This document shows positions 24,208-35,100 of a stretch of 40,730 nt of DNA, piece by piece; position 1 is the stretch's first letter, and every line of letters begins with the position of its first letter. The translations under genes were made by a program, and so were the position numbers. The notes under the pieces are model-generated. The model was not told the DNA's origin. It ran no database searches and was given only the letters and a program-made list of their open reading frames with translations. Origin of the DNA: a virus (Duplodnaviria; Caudoviricetes); the IMG/VR virus record IMGVR_UViG_3300005259_000081, positions 1 through 40,730 of that record; one strand, given 5' to 3'.

Positions 24208-26520
24208 ATGGCTTTGATTCGCAATTGTTTCAACGGCGGTGAGTTGTCGCCGTATCTGCGCTACCGGCCCGATTTGCAGAAATACGCGTCCGGCTGCAAA
24301 ACGCTGGAAAATTTTCTGGTGTTGCCGTGGGGCGGGGCCGAGAACCGGTCCGGGACCGAATTCGTGGCGCTCTGCAAATACTCCGATCGCGCGGTCCGGC
24401 TGCTGCCGTTTCAATTCAACATCGAGCAGACCTATATTATCGAGGTCGGCGACGGCTATATGCGGTTTTACATGGACGGCGCGCCGATCCTGGACGCCTC
24501 GAATAACATTTATGAAATCGTGTCCCCCTATGCGGCGGCCGATGACCTTTTTAAGCTCCATTACTGCCAGAGCGCGGACACGTTGTTTCTGGTGCATCCG
24601 AAATACCCGCCGTACTGGCTGAAACGGTCCGGTCATGCGGCTTGGACAATTGAAAAAATCGGCATTTCCGGCGGTCCGTTCCAGGACGAAAACGACACCT
24701 CAACCACCGTCACGGCGTCGGCGAAAACGGTCGGTTCGACCATTACCGTTACCGCCTCGGCGGCGATCTTCACGGCGGCGATGGTCGGCGAACTTTTCGA
24801 GATCGTGCATCCCCGCGCGAAAACGTTGCTGTCGAAAGCGTTTTCCGGCAATGCCGCCAGCGATGCGATGGCCGTTTATCGTAACTGGACGGTTACCACC
24901 ACCGGCGGCTGGTGCGGTACGCTCTGCCTGCAGCGCTCGTTCGACAACGGCGCGACGTGGTGCGATTATCGGTCGTGGACCAGCAACGCGGATACCAATA
25001 TCGACTCTTCCGGCTACGAGGAGGAAAAAAACGTCATGTACCGGTTGGTGATGACCAACTGGACGACGCCGAATTCAAGTTTGACCTACAGTTGCACGGC
25101 AATGCTTTCTTGCGATGATTTCTGGGTTTACGGCGTGGTAAAGTTCACCGCATACACTTCCGCGACCGTGATGTCCGCCACCGTGATCCGCGAAATCGGT
25201 TCGACGGCGGCGACGGCAGATTGGGCGTGGGCGTCTTTCTCCGACCGTAACGGCTGGCCTGCAACGGTATGCTTTTATCAGGACCGGCTGGTGTTCGGAC
25301 GCTGCAAAAACCAGCCTCAAACGGTTTGGACCAGCCGAACCAGCGATTACGCCGATTTTCTGGCGGGATCGGGCGAAGATGCCGACGATCCGCTGATTTA
25401 TACGATCCGCGCGCAACAGGTCAACGCCATTAACTGGATGGCGTCACGTGCCGCAGGTAAGGCGTTGATGATCGGGACCAGCAGCGCCGAGGGGACGCTG
25501 GGACCGGCCGATGACAGTAAGGCGATGGGGCCGGATAATCGCGAATATCTCGAAAAATGTTTGTACGGCGCGGCGGCGCTGGATTGTATCCGGGTGGCCG
25601 ATGTGACGCTGTTTCTGGAACGCGGCGGCGAATACCTCCGCGAACTGACGTACAATTGGGAGCAGGACGGCTATCTGGCGCAGAATCTTACTGAACTGGC
25701 TGAACATGTTTTGCGCGGCGGCGTGGTGGAATGCAGTTATCAGCAGTTGCCCTATCCGGTCGTGTGGTTTATCCGCAATGACGGCACGCTGGTGTCGTTT
25801 ACCTATGAGCGTTTACAGAACGTGACCGCCTGGGCGCGGCAGATCACCGCCGGAAAATTCCTGTCGGTGGCGACGATTGCCGCCGACGAACGCGATGAGG
25901 CGTGGGTGGCGGTCGAGCGTAACGGCGTCCGCATGATCGAACGCTTCAAGCCGCGCGAATTCACTTGCGCCTCCGACGGCTGGTTTTTGGATTCGGCTTT
26001 GCGTATGACGTCGGACACCGCGATCGGCAAAATCACGGCGGGACTGGATCACTTGAACGGACGGACAGACGTAGCCGCGTTGATTGACGGAACGCTGGTA
26101 AAAAATCTCACCGTCACCGGCGGCGCGGTCGATTTCGGCGGCGTGACCGGTAAAACGGTATTGGTCGGCTTGCCTTACACGTCCACGCTGGAAACAATGC
26201 CGCTGGAATACGACACTCAGGGCGGCACGACTCAGGCCGCGATTAAACGGATCAACGGCCTGACCTTGAAATATTATCAGAGCCTCGGCGGCGCGGTCGC
26301 TACCGTGGCGGACAATGTCGCATCAACTGCAACGGAGTTGGTGACGCGTACCTCCGACATGGCAATGGACGCCGCGCCCGAGCTGGTGACCGGATCGGCC
26401 CGGGTGATGTTGCCGAGCGCCAACGCTACCGAAATCACGGTCAAAGTTACCCAGTCAGAGCCGTATCCGTTGACGTTGCTGGCGCTGGTGGTATCGATGA
26501 CCGTCAAGGGGGAAGCATGA
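24208..26520 (+). CDS. Tail tubular protein B (nozzle, T7 gp12-like)
   Basis: FNGGELSP, GGAENRSGT, QSADTLFLVHP, FYQDRLVF, VGLPY; 770 aa. Confidence 0.9.
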   Translation: MALIRNCFNGGELSPYLRYRPDLQKYASGCKTLENFLVLPWGGAENRSGTEFVALCKYSDRAVRLLPFQFNIEQTYIIEVGDGYMRFYMDGAPILDASNNIYEIVSPYAAADDLFKLHYCQSADTLFLVHPKYPPYWLKRSGHAAWTIEKIGISGGPFQDENDTSTTVTASAKTVGSTITVTASAAIFTAAMVGELFEIVHPRAKTLLSKAFSGNAASDAMAVYRNWTVTTTGGWCGTLCLQRSFDNGATWCDYRSWTSNADTNIDSSGYEEEKNVMYRLVMTNWTTPNSSLTYSCTAMLSCDDFWVYGVVKFTAYTSATVMSATVIREIGSTAATADWAWASFSDRNGWPATVCFYQDRLVFGRCKNQPQTVWTSRTSDYADFLAGSGEDADDPLIYTIRAQQVNAINWMASRAAGKALMIGTSSAEGTLGPADDSKAMGPDNREYLEKCLYGAAALDCIRVADVTLFLERGGEYLRELTYNWEQDGYLAQNLTELAEHVLRGGVVECSYQQLPYPVVWFIRNDGTLVSFTYERLQNVTAWARQITAGKFLSVATIAADERDEAWVAVERNGVRMIERFKPREFTCASDGWFLDSALRMTSDTAIGKITAGLDHLNGRTDVAALIDGTLVKNLTVTGGAVDFGGVTGKTVLVGLPYTSTLETMPLEYDTQGGTTQAAIKRINGLTLKYYQSLGGAVATVADNVASTATELVTRTSDMAMDAAPELVTGSARVMLPSANATEITVKVTQSEPYPLTLLALVVSMTVKGEA

Positions 26521-26921
26521 TGCAATTACGACTTTACAACGCAGCCGCGGACTATCCGCTGTTCTGCGAATGGTGGAAAAAACACGGCTGGACCCCGCCC
26601 CCGGCGGAAATCCTGCCCTTTCGCGGCGTGGTGGCGGAACTCGACGGCCGTCCGGTGGCCTGCATGTGGGTTTACTGCGATACTGCCGCCGCTGCCGCTC
26701 TTATCGAATGGGCGGTGGCCGATCCGGCCAACTCTCCGCGCGTCACGGTCCGCGCCTTGCGCAAGATCCTGGACTGGCTGACCGGCATGTTGCGCCGCGA
26801 GGGCATGGCGCATATCATCGCCGCCACCAGCGTTTCGGGACTGCTCAAACTCTACGAGCGCGCCGGTTTTATCCGGGGCGATACGGTTACGCATTTAGTC
26901 TATGGAGGGCTCCAATCATGA
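26517..26921 (+). CDS. GNAT-like protein (T7 gp13 position)
   Basis: LLKLYERAGF motif; conserved position after the nozzle gene. Confidence 0.6.
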   Translation: MMQLRLYNAAADYPLFCEWWKKHGWTPPPAEILPFRGVVAELDGRPVACMWVYCDTAAAAALIEWAVADPANSPRVTVRALRKILDWLTGMLRREGMAHIIAATSVSGLLKLYERAGFIRGDTVTHLVYGGLQS

Positions 26922-27490
26922 TGATTACCGCCGCTGTAATCAGCGCCGTTAATTCGGCCAAACAGGCGCAGGCGCAGCAGGACGCGGCGCAGTGGCAGGC
27001 CGACCAGGCCGAAGCCAACGCCAACGCCGCCCGGCAGCAGGCCGAAGCCGCCGCGCAGGTGCGCGAAGCCGATGCCGCCCAGCAGGAGCTGCTGGCCCGC
27101 AAGCGCAACGCCTCCTTAAAGGCGGAAAACCGCGCCAACGCCGGAGCGCAGGGCGTGGACAATACCGGGACGTCGCTGTTAAACGATATTGCGCTGGCCC
27201 GTGACATGGAATTAAACGCGCTGGAAGTTCGGCGGCAGGGAGTGAACGATGCCGCCATGATCCGCTGGCAGGGCGAGCTGACCGCCGCCAACAGTCTGGT
27301 ATCGGCGCGCGGCTATCAGTTCCAGGCCGACAACGCCGCCGCCGCCAAGGGGTGGAACACTGCGTCCAGCGCCATTTCCGGCGGGGCGTCGGGGTTGTCG
27401 CTGACTACCGGCGGCTTTGAACTTTTCGACAAGGCGCAGAATAAATTCGGCTCGAAATCGGCTGCGGCCGGTAAATCAGGGGTGAAATAA
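26918..27490 (+). CDS. Internal virion protein (gp14-like)
   Basis: Ala/Gln-rich helical sequence, GAQGVDNTGT. Start reassigned to ATG 26918 (GGAGG RBS, ATGA overlap). Confidence 0.75.
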   Translation: MMITAAVISAVNSAKQAQAQQDAAQWQADQAEANANAARQQAEAAAQVREADAAQQELLARKRNASLKAENRANAGAQGVDNTGTSLLNDIALARDMELNALEVRRQGVNDAAMIRWQGELTAANSLVSARGYQFQADNAAAAKGWNTASSAISGGASGLSLTTGGFELFDKAQNKFGSKSAAAGKSGVK

Positions 27491-27492
27491 TT

Positions 27493-29136
27493 ATGGCAAT
27501 CCAAACTCAGCAGAATGTTGATCAGGCTTTCGGCACTACCAACAGCATCAACAACAGTTATCCGATGATTGTCGCCGGACCGGCGGCCACGCCGGATTAT
27601 ACCAAGGCAATCCCCTATCAGGGCGGCGTCGACATTGTCAACGCATTAAGCCAGCTGACGGGGGCGACAAATCGGTTTTGGGACGCTACGCTCGGCAAGG
27701 TCCAGCGCGAGGAGGACAACAACGCGCGCATCCGGTTCGAGGGCAAACTGTCGGCCTATATGTCCGGTTTTCAGCCCAAAAAGGATGACGCCGAAGCGAA
27801 GCAGAGCATCGACGGGATTATGGAGGGATTGAAGACCGCCGCCGACACCGAAACCGACGCGTCGAGCGAACAGCGTCGGCAGTTCGCGGCCAGAGTGTCC
27901 GCAGCCCGGGACGAGTTGGCGATCCGCCAGCAGTTCGGCAAAGCGGAAATTATCGCCCGGGAAGCAAAAAATCTGTGGGACCAGGGGCTGGAGCAGTCGA
28001 TCAAAACCGGCGATGACGCCAATATCGACGCGCATCTCAAAGTAGCTCAGGAAAAAGGCTATATCGTCAAAGATACCCCGGAGGAACTGCACAGCCGGGC
28101 GGCGTTGTACGGAAAAATCATCAACCAGTCCAATAATCTTGATATCCCTCGACTCAATGCCCTTTCCGAACAATTAACCGAAGATGTGGACCCGGCGGGA
28201 AATTCCACTTTTATCCCCGGATTGAAGCGCAATCAAAATATTGAGGCGATTAACTACATCCGCAATCTTAAAGCGGAAAAGGTTGCCGCCGCCGATGCCA
28301 AACTGGAAGAAATGGCGCGCAACAATACCTTGACGCCGCAAAATCTTGAAGAGCAATATCGTAGCGGCCAGCTGGCGCAACATCAATACGACGCCTTTAA
28401 AAAAGATTTCGAGTCCTCCGCCCGGCAACTGTACGCGTCACAGAAAGAGGCCGCCAGAGAACAAAAGACCGCGCAGCAACAGACCATGAAGGACAATCGC
28501 TATATTTTGGAGGAGCAAATCGAATCGGTTCCCTGGGCGGTCGATGCCGGTGGACGCAAACAGCAATACGAACAAATGCTGGCAAAAATCAATTCGGGCG
28601 GCTTCGATCCGCAGCATCGGGTTGAACTTAAAAAGGTTCTGGAACGCGCCAATAAAGAATTTGAATCCGGGGAGCATTTTAAACAGGACGCCAATTATAA
28701 AATGGGCGTTGGTATGATTAATGATATTAGAAAAAATGGGGCGTTGTTTGTTAATGTACAAAGTGGCGATGGTTCGTCATGGCATGATGTAGGACAACGC
28801 AATAACACCATATCTGGAACAGACGCAGGCGACGACTATCAAAACGCCCGGGCGGCAGAATTGCATACTGCGTTTGTCAGTGCCTATCGCCAGAATCCCG
28901 ATCAATTCAAAACCCCGGAAGCCGTTCAAAACTTTGTAAAAAATCGGGTGGCGGCGTTGAATGACGGCAAAATCAAAAATCTGATCCAGCAATCCTATTC
29001 CGCCGCGCCGGTGACGGCCGGTGACATGAGCGGCAACCAGGCGCAACCCCGGCCGCAGGATGGCGCAATTATCGGCGGTTTCCGTTATCTCGGCGGCGAT
29101 CCGAAAAACAAAGCGTCATGGGAGACTGTGAAATAA
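27493..29136 (+). CDS. Internal virion protein (gp15-like ejection protein)
   Basis: Helical 547-aa protein in the ejectosome position; C-terminal GFRYLGGDP..W motif. Confidence 0.7.
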   Translation: MAIQTQQNVDQAFGTTNSINNSYPMIVAGPAATPDYTKAIPYQGGVDIVNALSQLTGATNRFWDATLGKVQREEDNNARIRFEGKLSAYMSGFQPKKDDAEAKQSIDGIMEGLKTAADTETDASSEQRRQFAARVSAARDELAIRQQFGKAEIIAREAKNLWDQGLEQSIKTGDDANIDAHLKVAQEKGYIVKDTPEELHSRAALYGKIINQSNNLDIPRLNALSEQLTEDVDPAGNSTFIPGLKRNQNIEAINYIRNLKAEKVAAADAKLEEMARNNTLTPQNLEEQYRSGQLAQHQYDAFKKDFESSARQLYASQKEAAREQKTAQQQTMKDNRYILEEQIESVPWAVDAGGRKQQYEQMLAKINSGGFDPQHRVELKKVLERANKEFESGEHFKQDANYKMGVGMINDIRKNGALFVNVQSGDGSSWHDVGQRNNTISGTDAGDDYQNARAAELHTAFVSAYRQNPDQFKTPEAVQNFVKNRVAALNDGKIKNLIQQSYSAAPVTAGDMSGNQAQPRPQDGAIIGGFRYLGGDPKNKASWETVK

Positions 29137-32100
29137 TGAATCCTTGGGAAATGAACTGGCAGACAGCAACCCCGGCGGCAACCGTTCAACCTTGGGAAAT
29201 GAACTGGCAGACCCCGGCGTCCGATCCGGTGGAGGCTTTGTTTAATCCGGTTCCGCAAATTGACCGCAATAAGCTGGCGTTGTCTTTTCGCGGTGATCCG
29301 CTGGCGGGACTTGATCCGGCCCGGCGCGAAACGGTGTCGAATTATTGTAATCTGTTCGCCAACCCGGACGAAGAGGCAAAAAAACAGGTTTTATCGCTTT
29401 ATCTGGCGGATAAATTCCACGTCACCCCGGCGGCGGCACAGGATAACCTCCAGCACTTTCTCGATGTGTTCACCAATAAAAAGGGTATTGCGGTTGACGA
29501 TGCTTATAAACGCATCGGGGCAATCCTCAATCCTCAAGCCAAACCCGCGCCGGTAACGGCCGAACCGAATCTAAAGCCGCTGACGCAGCCATGGGGCGGG
29601 ATTGGTTCGCCGATCGATCCGGCCGATGTCGCCGAAGTAAAAAAACTCAGCGCCGAATTGAAAAACGAGGCGGCCCCATCCTACAAGGTAAAAGGCGATC
29701 AATCGCTGGCGTCGTCGATTTGGAATTTCATCGAGGGCTCGACGGTTCAGGCGGCAACCGGCATTGCCGATTTTAATTACATGGGTCAAGACATGAATGC
29801 CAGGAGCCTGGCGGAATTGGCGAAGCCGGTAAAAATCGGTGACCGGTTATATTCTTCGTCTAATGCCGTGGAGCAACTGGCAAAAACGGCACAACAGGAC
29901 GCCGAAGCCGCACTGAAACAATCTGAAACGATGCACAATATTGTTGAATATGACCGGGCGGCGTCCGGCATTTCCGAGGCTGGAGTTGCGGGGGCGTTTC
30001 AGGAGCAAGGGCTAAAGGGCGGGATCGTAAATCTGGCAAAAGAAGTGTTGTTTCAAACCCCTGCGCAAGTGGTCAATTCCGCCGTTTTGCTGGCTAATCC
30101 GACGTTCGGCATGGGTTATGTATTTTCCACCAGCACGGGCAATAAATATTTTGATCTTAAAGACGATCCGATGAGTTATTCTGCCCGGGTCATTAATTCC
30201 GTGGCTACCGGCGCCGTCAACGGAGGTCTGGAGCGCGCTATCTCGTTGCCGATTTTAAAAGGCCGGGGGATCGATCGCCAGTTGATAGCCGCCGGTGTCA
30301 AAGCGGAATTAATTAAGCCGTTGGCTAAAAACGCCGTCAAGGAAGCCGGAGAGGAATCGCTGGAACAAATCGGCGAAAATATTACCGACCTGCTGACTAA
30401 GCGCGACAATTTGGATACTACCGGCTGGCATGTCGCCGATTACGCCCAATATCTTCGTCGAGGAGTGGCCGACAGCGCGATTATGGGGGCGATTTTCAGC
30501 GGTCCGATGTCCGGCGTCGGCTATCTGCAAGCCAAAAGCTACGCGCAACTTGAGCAAGCGCGCGCCGATCTCCGCGCGGGATTGCGTCAGCATGCCGACC
30601 AGCTTATGGCCTTGGACGATCCCAGCGACGCGCAGATTGCCGATCTGCGCCGAACCGAACAGCTTTTGCAAAATCAAGATATGGACGCCGTTGCCGAAGA
30701 TTTACGCGATGATGTTATCCGGGCTGCCTCCAAGCGGTCAGAAATGGATTCCGAAGATATGGACGTTAATGCTGTTTCAGCACGGCAGGAATGGCAGCGC
30801 CTGCCGCGCCCGGAAACGGCCGACTTTACGGCGGTAAAATCGACGGTCGACGAACTGGCGCAGGCGTACCCGGCGCTGACGTTTGAAACCGTCCGGACGG
30901 AAAACGATATTCCGGCCTCGGTGCGTGACCGCATGGAGGCGGGACCGGTCCGCATTCGCGGCGCGATCGATGAAGCCGACCATAAAGTTTACGTGGTGGC
31001 CGACCGGCTGGCCCCCGATCAGGTCGCCCCGGTGATCCTGCACGAAGCCGCCGGACATTACGGCTTACATGCCGCGTTCGGTTCGCGGGTCGACGGTATT
31101 CTCGACGGCATTGCGCGCGATTATCTGGATAAATACCGGCCGGAAAGTTTCGACGAAGATAATAATTTGGTTCCGGCGCAACTGCCGCCCGGCAAATACG
31201 GCGCCGCCGCCGAACACGCCGTCCAGCGTTACGGCGGGGAAAACGTCGAACCGGCCGCCCGGCGGTTGCAGGCCGAAGAAATGCTGGCCCATATCGCCGA
31301 AAGCGACGCCAAACCGAATTGGTGGCGCGATGTGTTGGCCCGGCTGAAACAGTATTTGCGGACCGTGCCCGGCTTCCGCAATCTGCGTTTTACCGATCGG
31401 GAACTCGAGGGCATTCTGGCGGCGTCCAAACGCGCGGCGCAAAAGGCCGATGCAGCGACGGACGGCAACGATGTAATGGCGGCGGCAGCGGCGTTTCGGC
31501 GTCCGGGCGCGCCCAATACAGCGGAAAAGCCCGGCCAGCTGCGCGACGGAAATGTGCCGCACAATTATGACGCATTGCGGAACAATGGCTTCACCGACGG
31601 CTATCGGCTGTATGCCGATTATGAATTCTTGCGCGGCAAACATGATGAATATTTCGATTCCCCGGAAGCAGCCCGTGCTGCGGTGGAATTTGTTTTGGCC
31701 AATCCGGTTCCGGCTAAAGATATGGGGGCCAATGCTGCGTTTATGCGCAAGGATGAATCGACCGGAAAATATTATCGGGTGGAAGTTCGCCGGGCGCTTA
31801 CCGGCAATGCTCATCATATCCGCTCGGCGCATGAGATTACCGAAACGCAGTATGAAAAAAATAAGTCAGTCATTGCCGATCCCGCCGAAGCGGAACGGCT
31901 CCACCGCAAGCAGCGGCCGGAGCAAGCGTTGACTGACTTCTATAGAAAAGATAATGGGTCCGGTGAAAATGTCAAGGAGTTGGAAAGAAAAGGGAAAAAT
32001 CAACGCGGGCCACTGGGGACATCCGCCTTACATGATTCTTCCCTTTATGATAATAATAATGCCGAATCCGGCAATGTCAAGACCTCGCTGGCGATACCGA

Positions 32101-35100
32101 GCAATGCCGAAGTTGCGGCCATGGGGAAAATGCTGCTCCCGGGCGTGGTCTCCGGCAAGGTCAACAGCGCCGCCGACGCAGTAAAATATCTCAAGGACGA
32201 ACACGGCGTCGAAGTAGACGAAGCCGACGCCGGATTCGGCTGGGGTGAAGCAAAACGCCTCAATACTCAGCAGAATAAACGCGCGGAAACCCGCCGTTAT
32301 CAGCAATGGCTGTCGGAAATCCACCCGGAAATTTCGGCGATCATCAATCGGCTCGGCGATACGGTCAAGATCAAACCGGACGCCAAATTCGGCCGTAAAA
32401 AAGACTTCGGCGGCTCCTGGATCGATTGGAAAAAGGGCATGCCGTCCGACGAAGCGGCGCGGCGGCTCGGCATCGATGAGGAAAAACTGGTCGAAGCGCT
32501 CCGGGATCAGACCAAAACGCAGCTTAAAGAAGATTTCAAAACGCACGAAAAAGACCTTTCCGGCGACTCCTATTTTGCCAAGCTGGCGGCCGAAGACCGC
32601 GCCCGGACCGTCGAGGAACTGACCGACCGGGTTTTGGATGGTCAAACCGAGTTGACCAAAGAACTGCGGAAAGAGTATCCCGAAGTGGCCGAAGCAGTTT
32701 ATAAGCGGATCACCGGCAAGGACGGCAACCCGGATGACCTGTTCGACTGGGACGCGGCGCGGTCCGCCCTGCGTGACGCCGATCATGACGTATCGGGTTA
32801 TATGGAGGGTTACAAGGCCGGTAAATCCGAGGGCGGCAAAGCCTATGCGGCGGTACTGGAAACTGTCCGCGCCGAACGTGCCGACCTGGTCAAAACCCAG
32901 AAAACGCTGACCGATTACGCCTATAAAATGCTTCCAAAAGGCCAGCGCGACGCCGTCTTGAAACTGATTAACAAACTGGCCGAAGCCAGCCCCAACCCGT
33001 CGGCAAAATACCCCTACGGCAAGCGCCGCGCCATGCTGGAAAAGATCATGGATACGATTAAGCAGCAGCGCGATCTTATCCGCGCCGGGGAACTGCGCGA
33101 CAAGCTGGCCGAACGGCTGCAATCGACCACCTTGAAACGCGGTCAGCAGTCCGGTAAACCGGTTGGCAAATACGCGCCGGAAGTCCAAGCCAAGCTCGAC
33201 GAAATCCGCGAAATCTCCCGGATGTCGCCGGGCCGTGCCTGGGGCGAAATGAAAGAGCTGCAAAGCCGCGCCGAACAAATGGAAGCGGCAGGCGAAGATC
33301 CGACGCAGGTGCTGGAACGGCTGGCCATGCTGCAAAAATTCTCCGTCCCGCAATATAAAGCCGCGCCGGAACTGGAAAGCGCTTTAGCCGAAGTGCAAAC
33401 CTTGATCCATACCGGCCGCATGGCCCTGCAGCGCGAACTCGAAGCCCGGAAAAAACTGCTCGAAGCCCATCGCCAGACCATGGTCGACGAAACCACCGGC
33501 GGCGCCGGTCTGCTATCTCCGCAGCAGGAGGCGAAACTACGGCAGGAACGCGCCGGAACCCTGACCGAAGCCGCGAAAAGTTTCTGGCGCGGCAATCTCA
33601 ATTTCGAGTGGCTGATGGATCGTCTGACCAGGTTTAGCGGCAAGCCGTTAGAAGAAACCTTTTCCGGCGAATGCGTCCGCAATGTCCACCGCGCCAGCCA
33701 GCGCGAATTGACCGGCCGCCGGACGCGCGGCAATGCGTTTAATGACGCGTTCGACGCGGCTTTCGGCACAACCGGCAGCATCTCCCGCAGCAAGGTCTAT
33801 CAGGATTTGCGGCGTTTAGAGGATAACACCGGCGTAATGCGTTATCAGCGGCCGCCGGAAAGCGGTCGGGGGCTGGAATACGAACGGATGACCGTGGACG
33901 AGGCCCGGGAACTGCTGCGCGATCACGACGAAAAAACGGCCGTACTGCCGGAATACGAGGCCGAAGCGATCCGCCATCAGCTCGATGATTTTGACGCCGG
34001 GGAACGCGGCAAAGCGGCCGGCTTTAAATTCGGCGACGATTTTACCGACGACGTCATGCGGCGCATGAACGAGGAAAACTCCGTCGGTCATGTCGTCATT
34101 CCCCGGATCAAAGACCCGGGCGAACTGGTTGAGCAGCCGCTGACGCAGGCGCAGGCGCTCCAGCTCCGGCTCTGCTGGGATCAGGACAACGTCCGCTATA
34201 AAATGATGTTCAACGGCTGGAATAAAGAATCGATCGAGCAGCTGGACAAATTCATTAAACCGGAAGTCAAAGCGATCGGCGACTATATGCGCGCCGAACT
34301 GGAAAAAGATTTCGCCAACGTTAACGGCGTCTTTGAAAAAATGTATTACGCGGCCATGCCGCACACGGAAAACTACTGGCCGACGTCCTACGACGTGAAC
34401 ACCGGCGCCGCCGGTAATACTAAAGACCAGTTTGGAATGTCCTACGGCATGGCCGCCGTTTCTCCCGGCGCGTTGAAGTCCCGCCGGTTCCACCTGATGG
34501 AGCCGAAAGCCGACGACGCGTTCAGCATTTACGCGGCGCACGTGGTCCAAATGGAGCATTTTAAGGCGCTGGCTCCCGTGGTGCGCGATCTGCGCGGCGT
34601 TTTCAACGCTCCCGACGTGCGCCGGGCAATCCAGCAGCAACACGGTGATACCGCCTATACCGATCTGATTAAAAATCTGACGTGGATTGCCGACGGCGGA
34701 CGGCGCGACGCCGAAAAAATCGGGCTGCTGGCGACGATCTATTCCCCTTGGGTGGCGTCGAAAATGATGTTTAACATCAGCAGCGCCACCAAACAGCTGG
34801 CCGGGGCGGCGAATTACATGAACGATATCCCGGTTTCCGCTTTTGTTCGCGGTACGGCGGCTTTCTTCCGCAATCCTAAAGAAAACGCCCGGATGTTGAC
34901 GGAGACCGATTATTTTAAAAACCGCTGGGGCGGCGCGATGGACCGCGACCTCAATATGCTGCTCGACTGGTCGAGCTCGGTTGCCGGTAAACAATCCGGC
35001 TGGATGCGCGCGTTAGTCCAGGAAGGCGCGATTTTGAACAAAGCCGGTGATGCGCTTTCCGTGGTCTGTGCCGGTTATGCGGTCTACAAATACCACCACG

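Noticed and set aside
26570-26917. N-terminal extension of the 306-aa ORF in the track
   Set aside because: It overlaps the GNAT gene out of frame; the true start is most likely 26918.
32028-34994. Long minus-strand ORFs (441 aa and 392 aa; similar ones at 16306, 22206 and 23569)
   Set aside because: Antisense shadows of GC-rich genes with no motifs or RBS.
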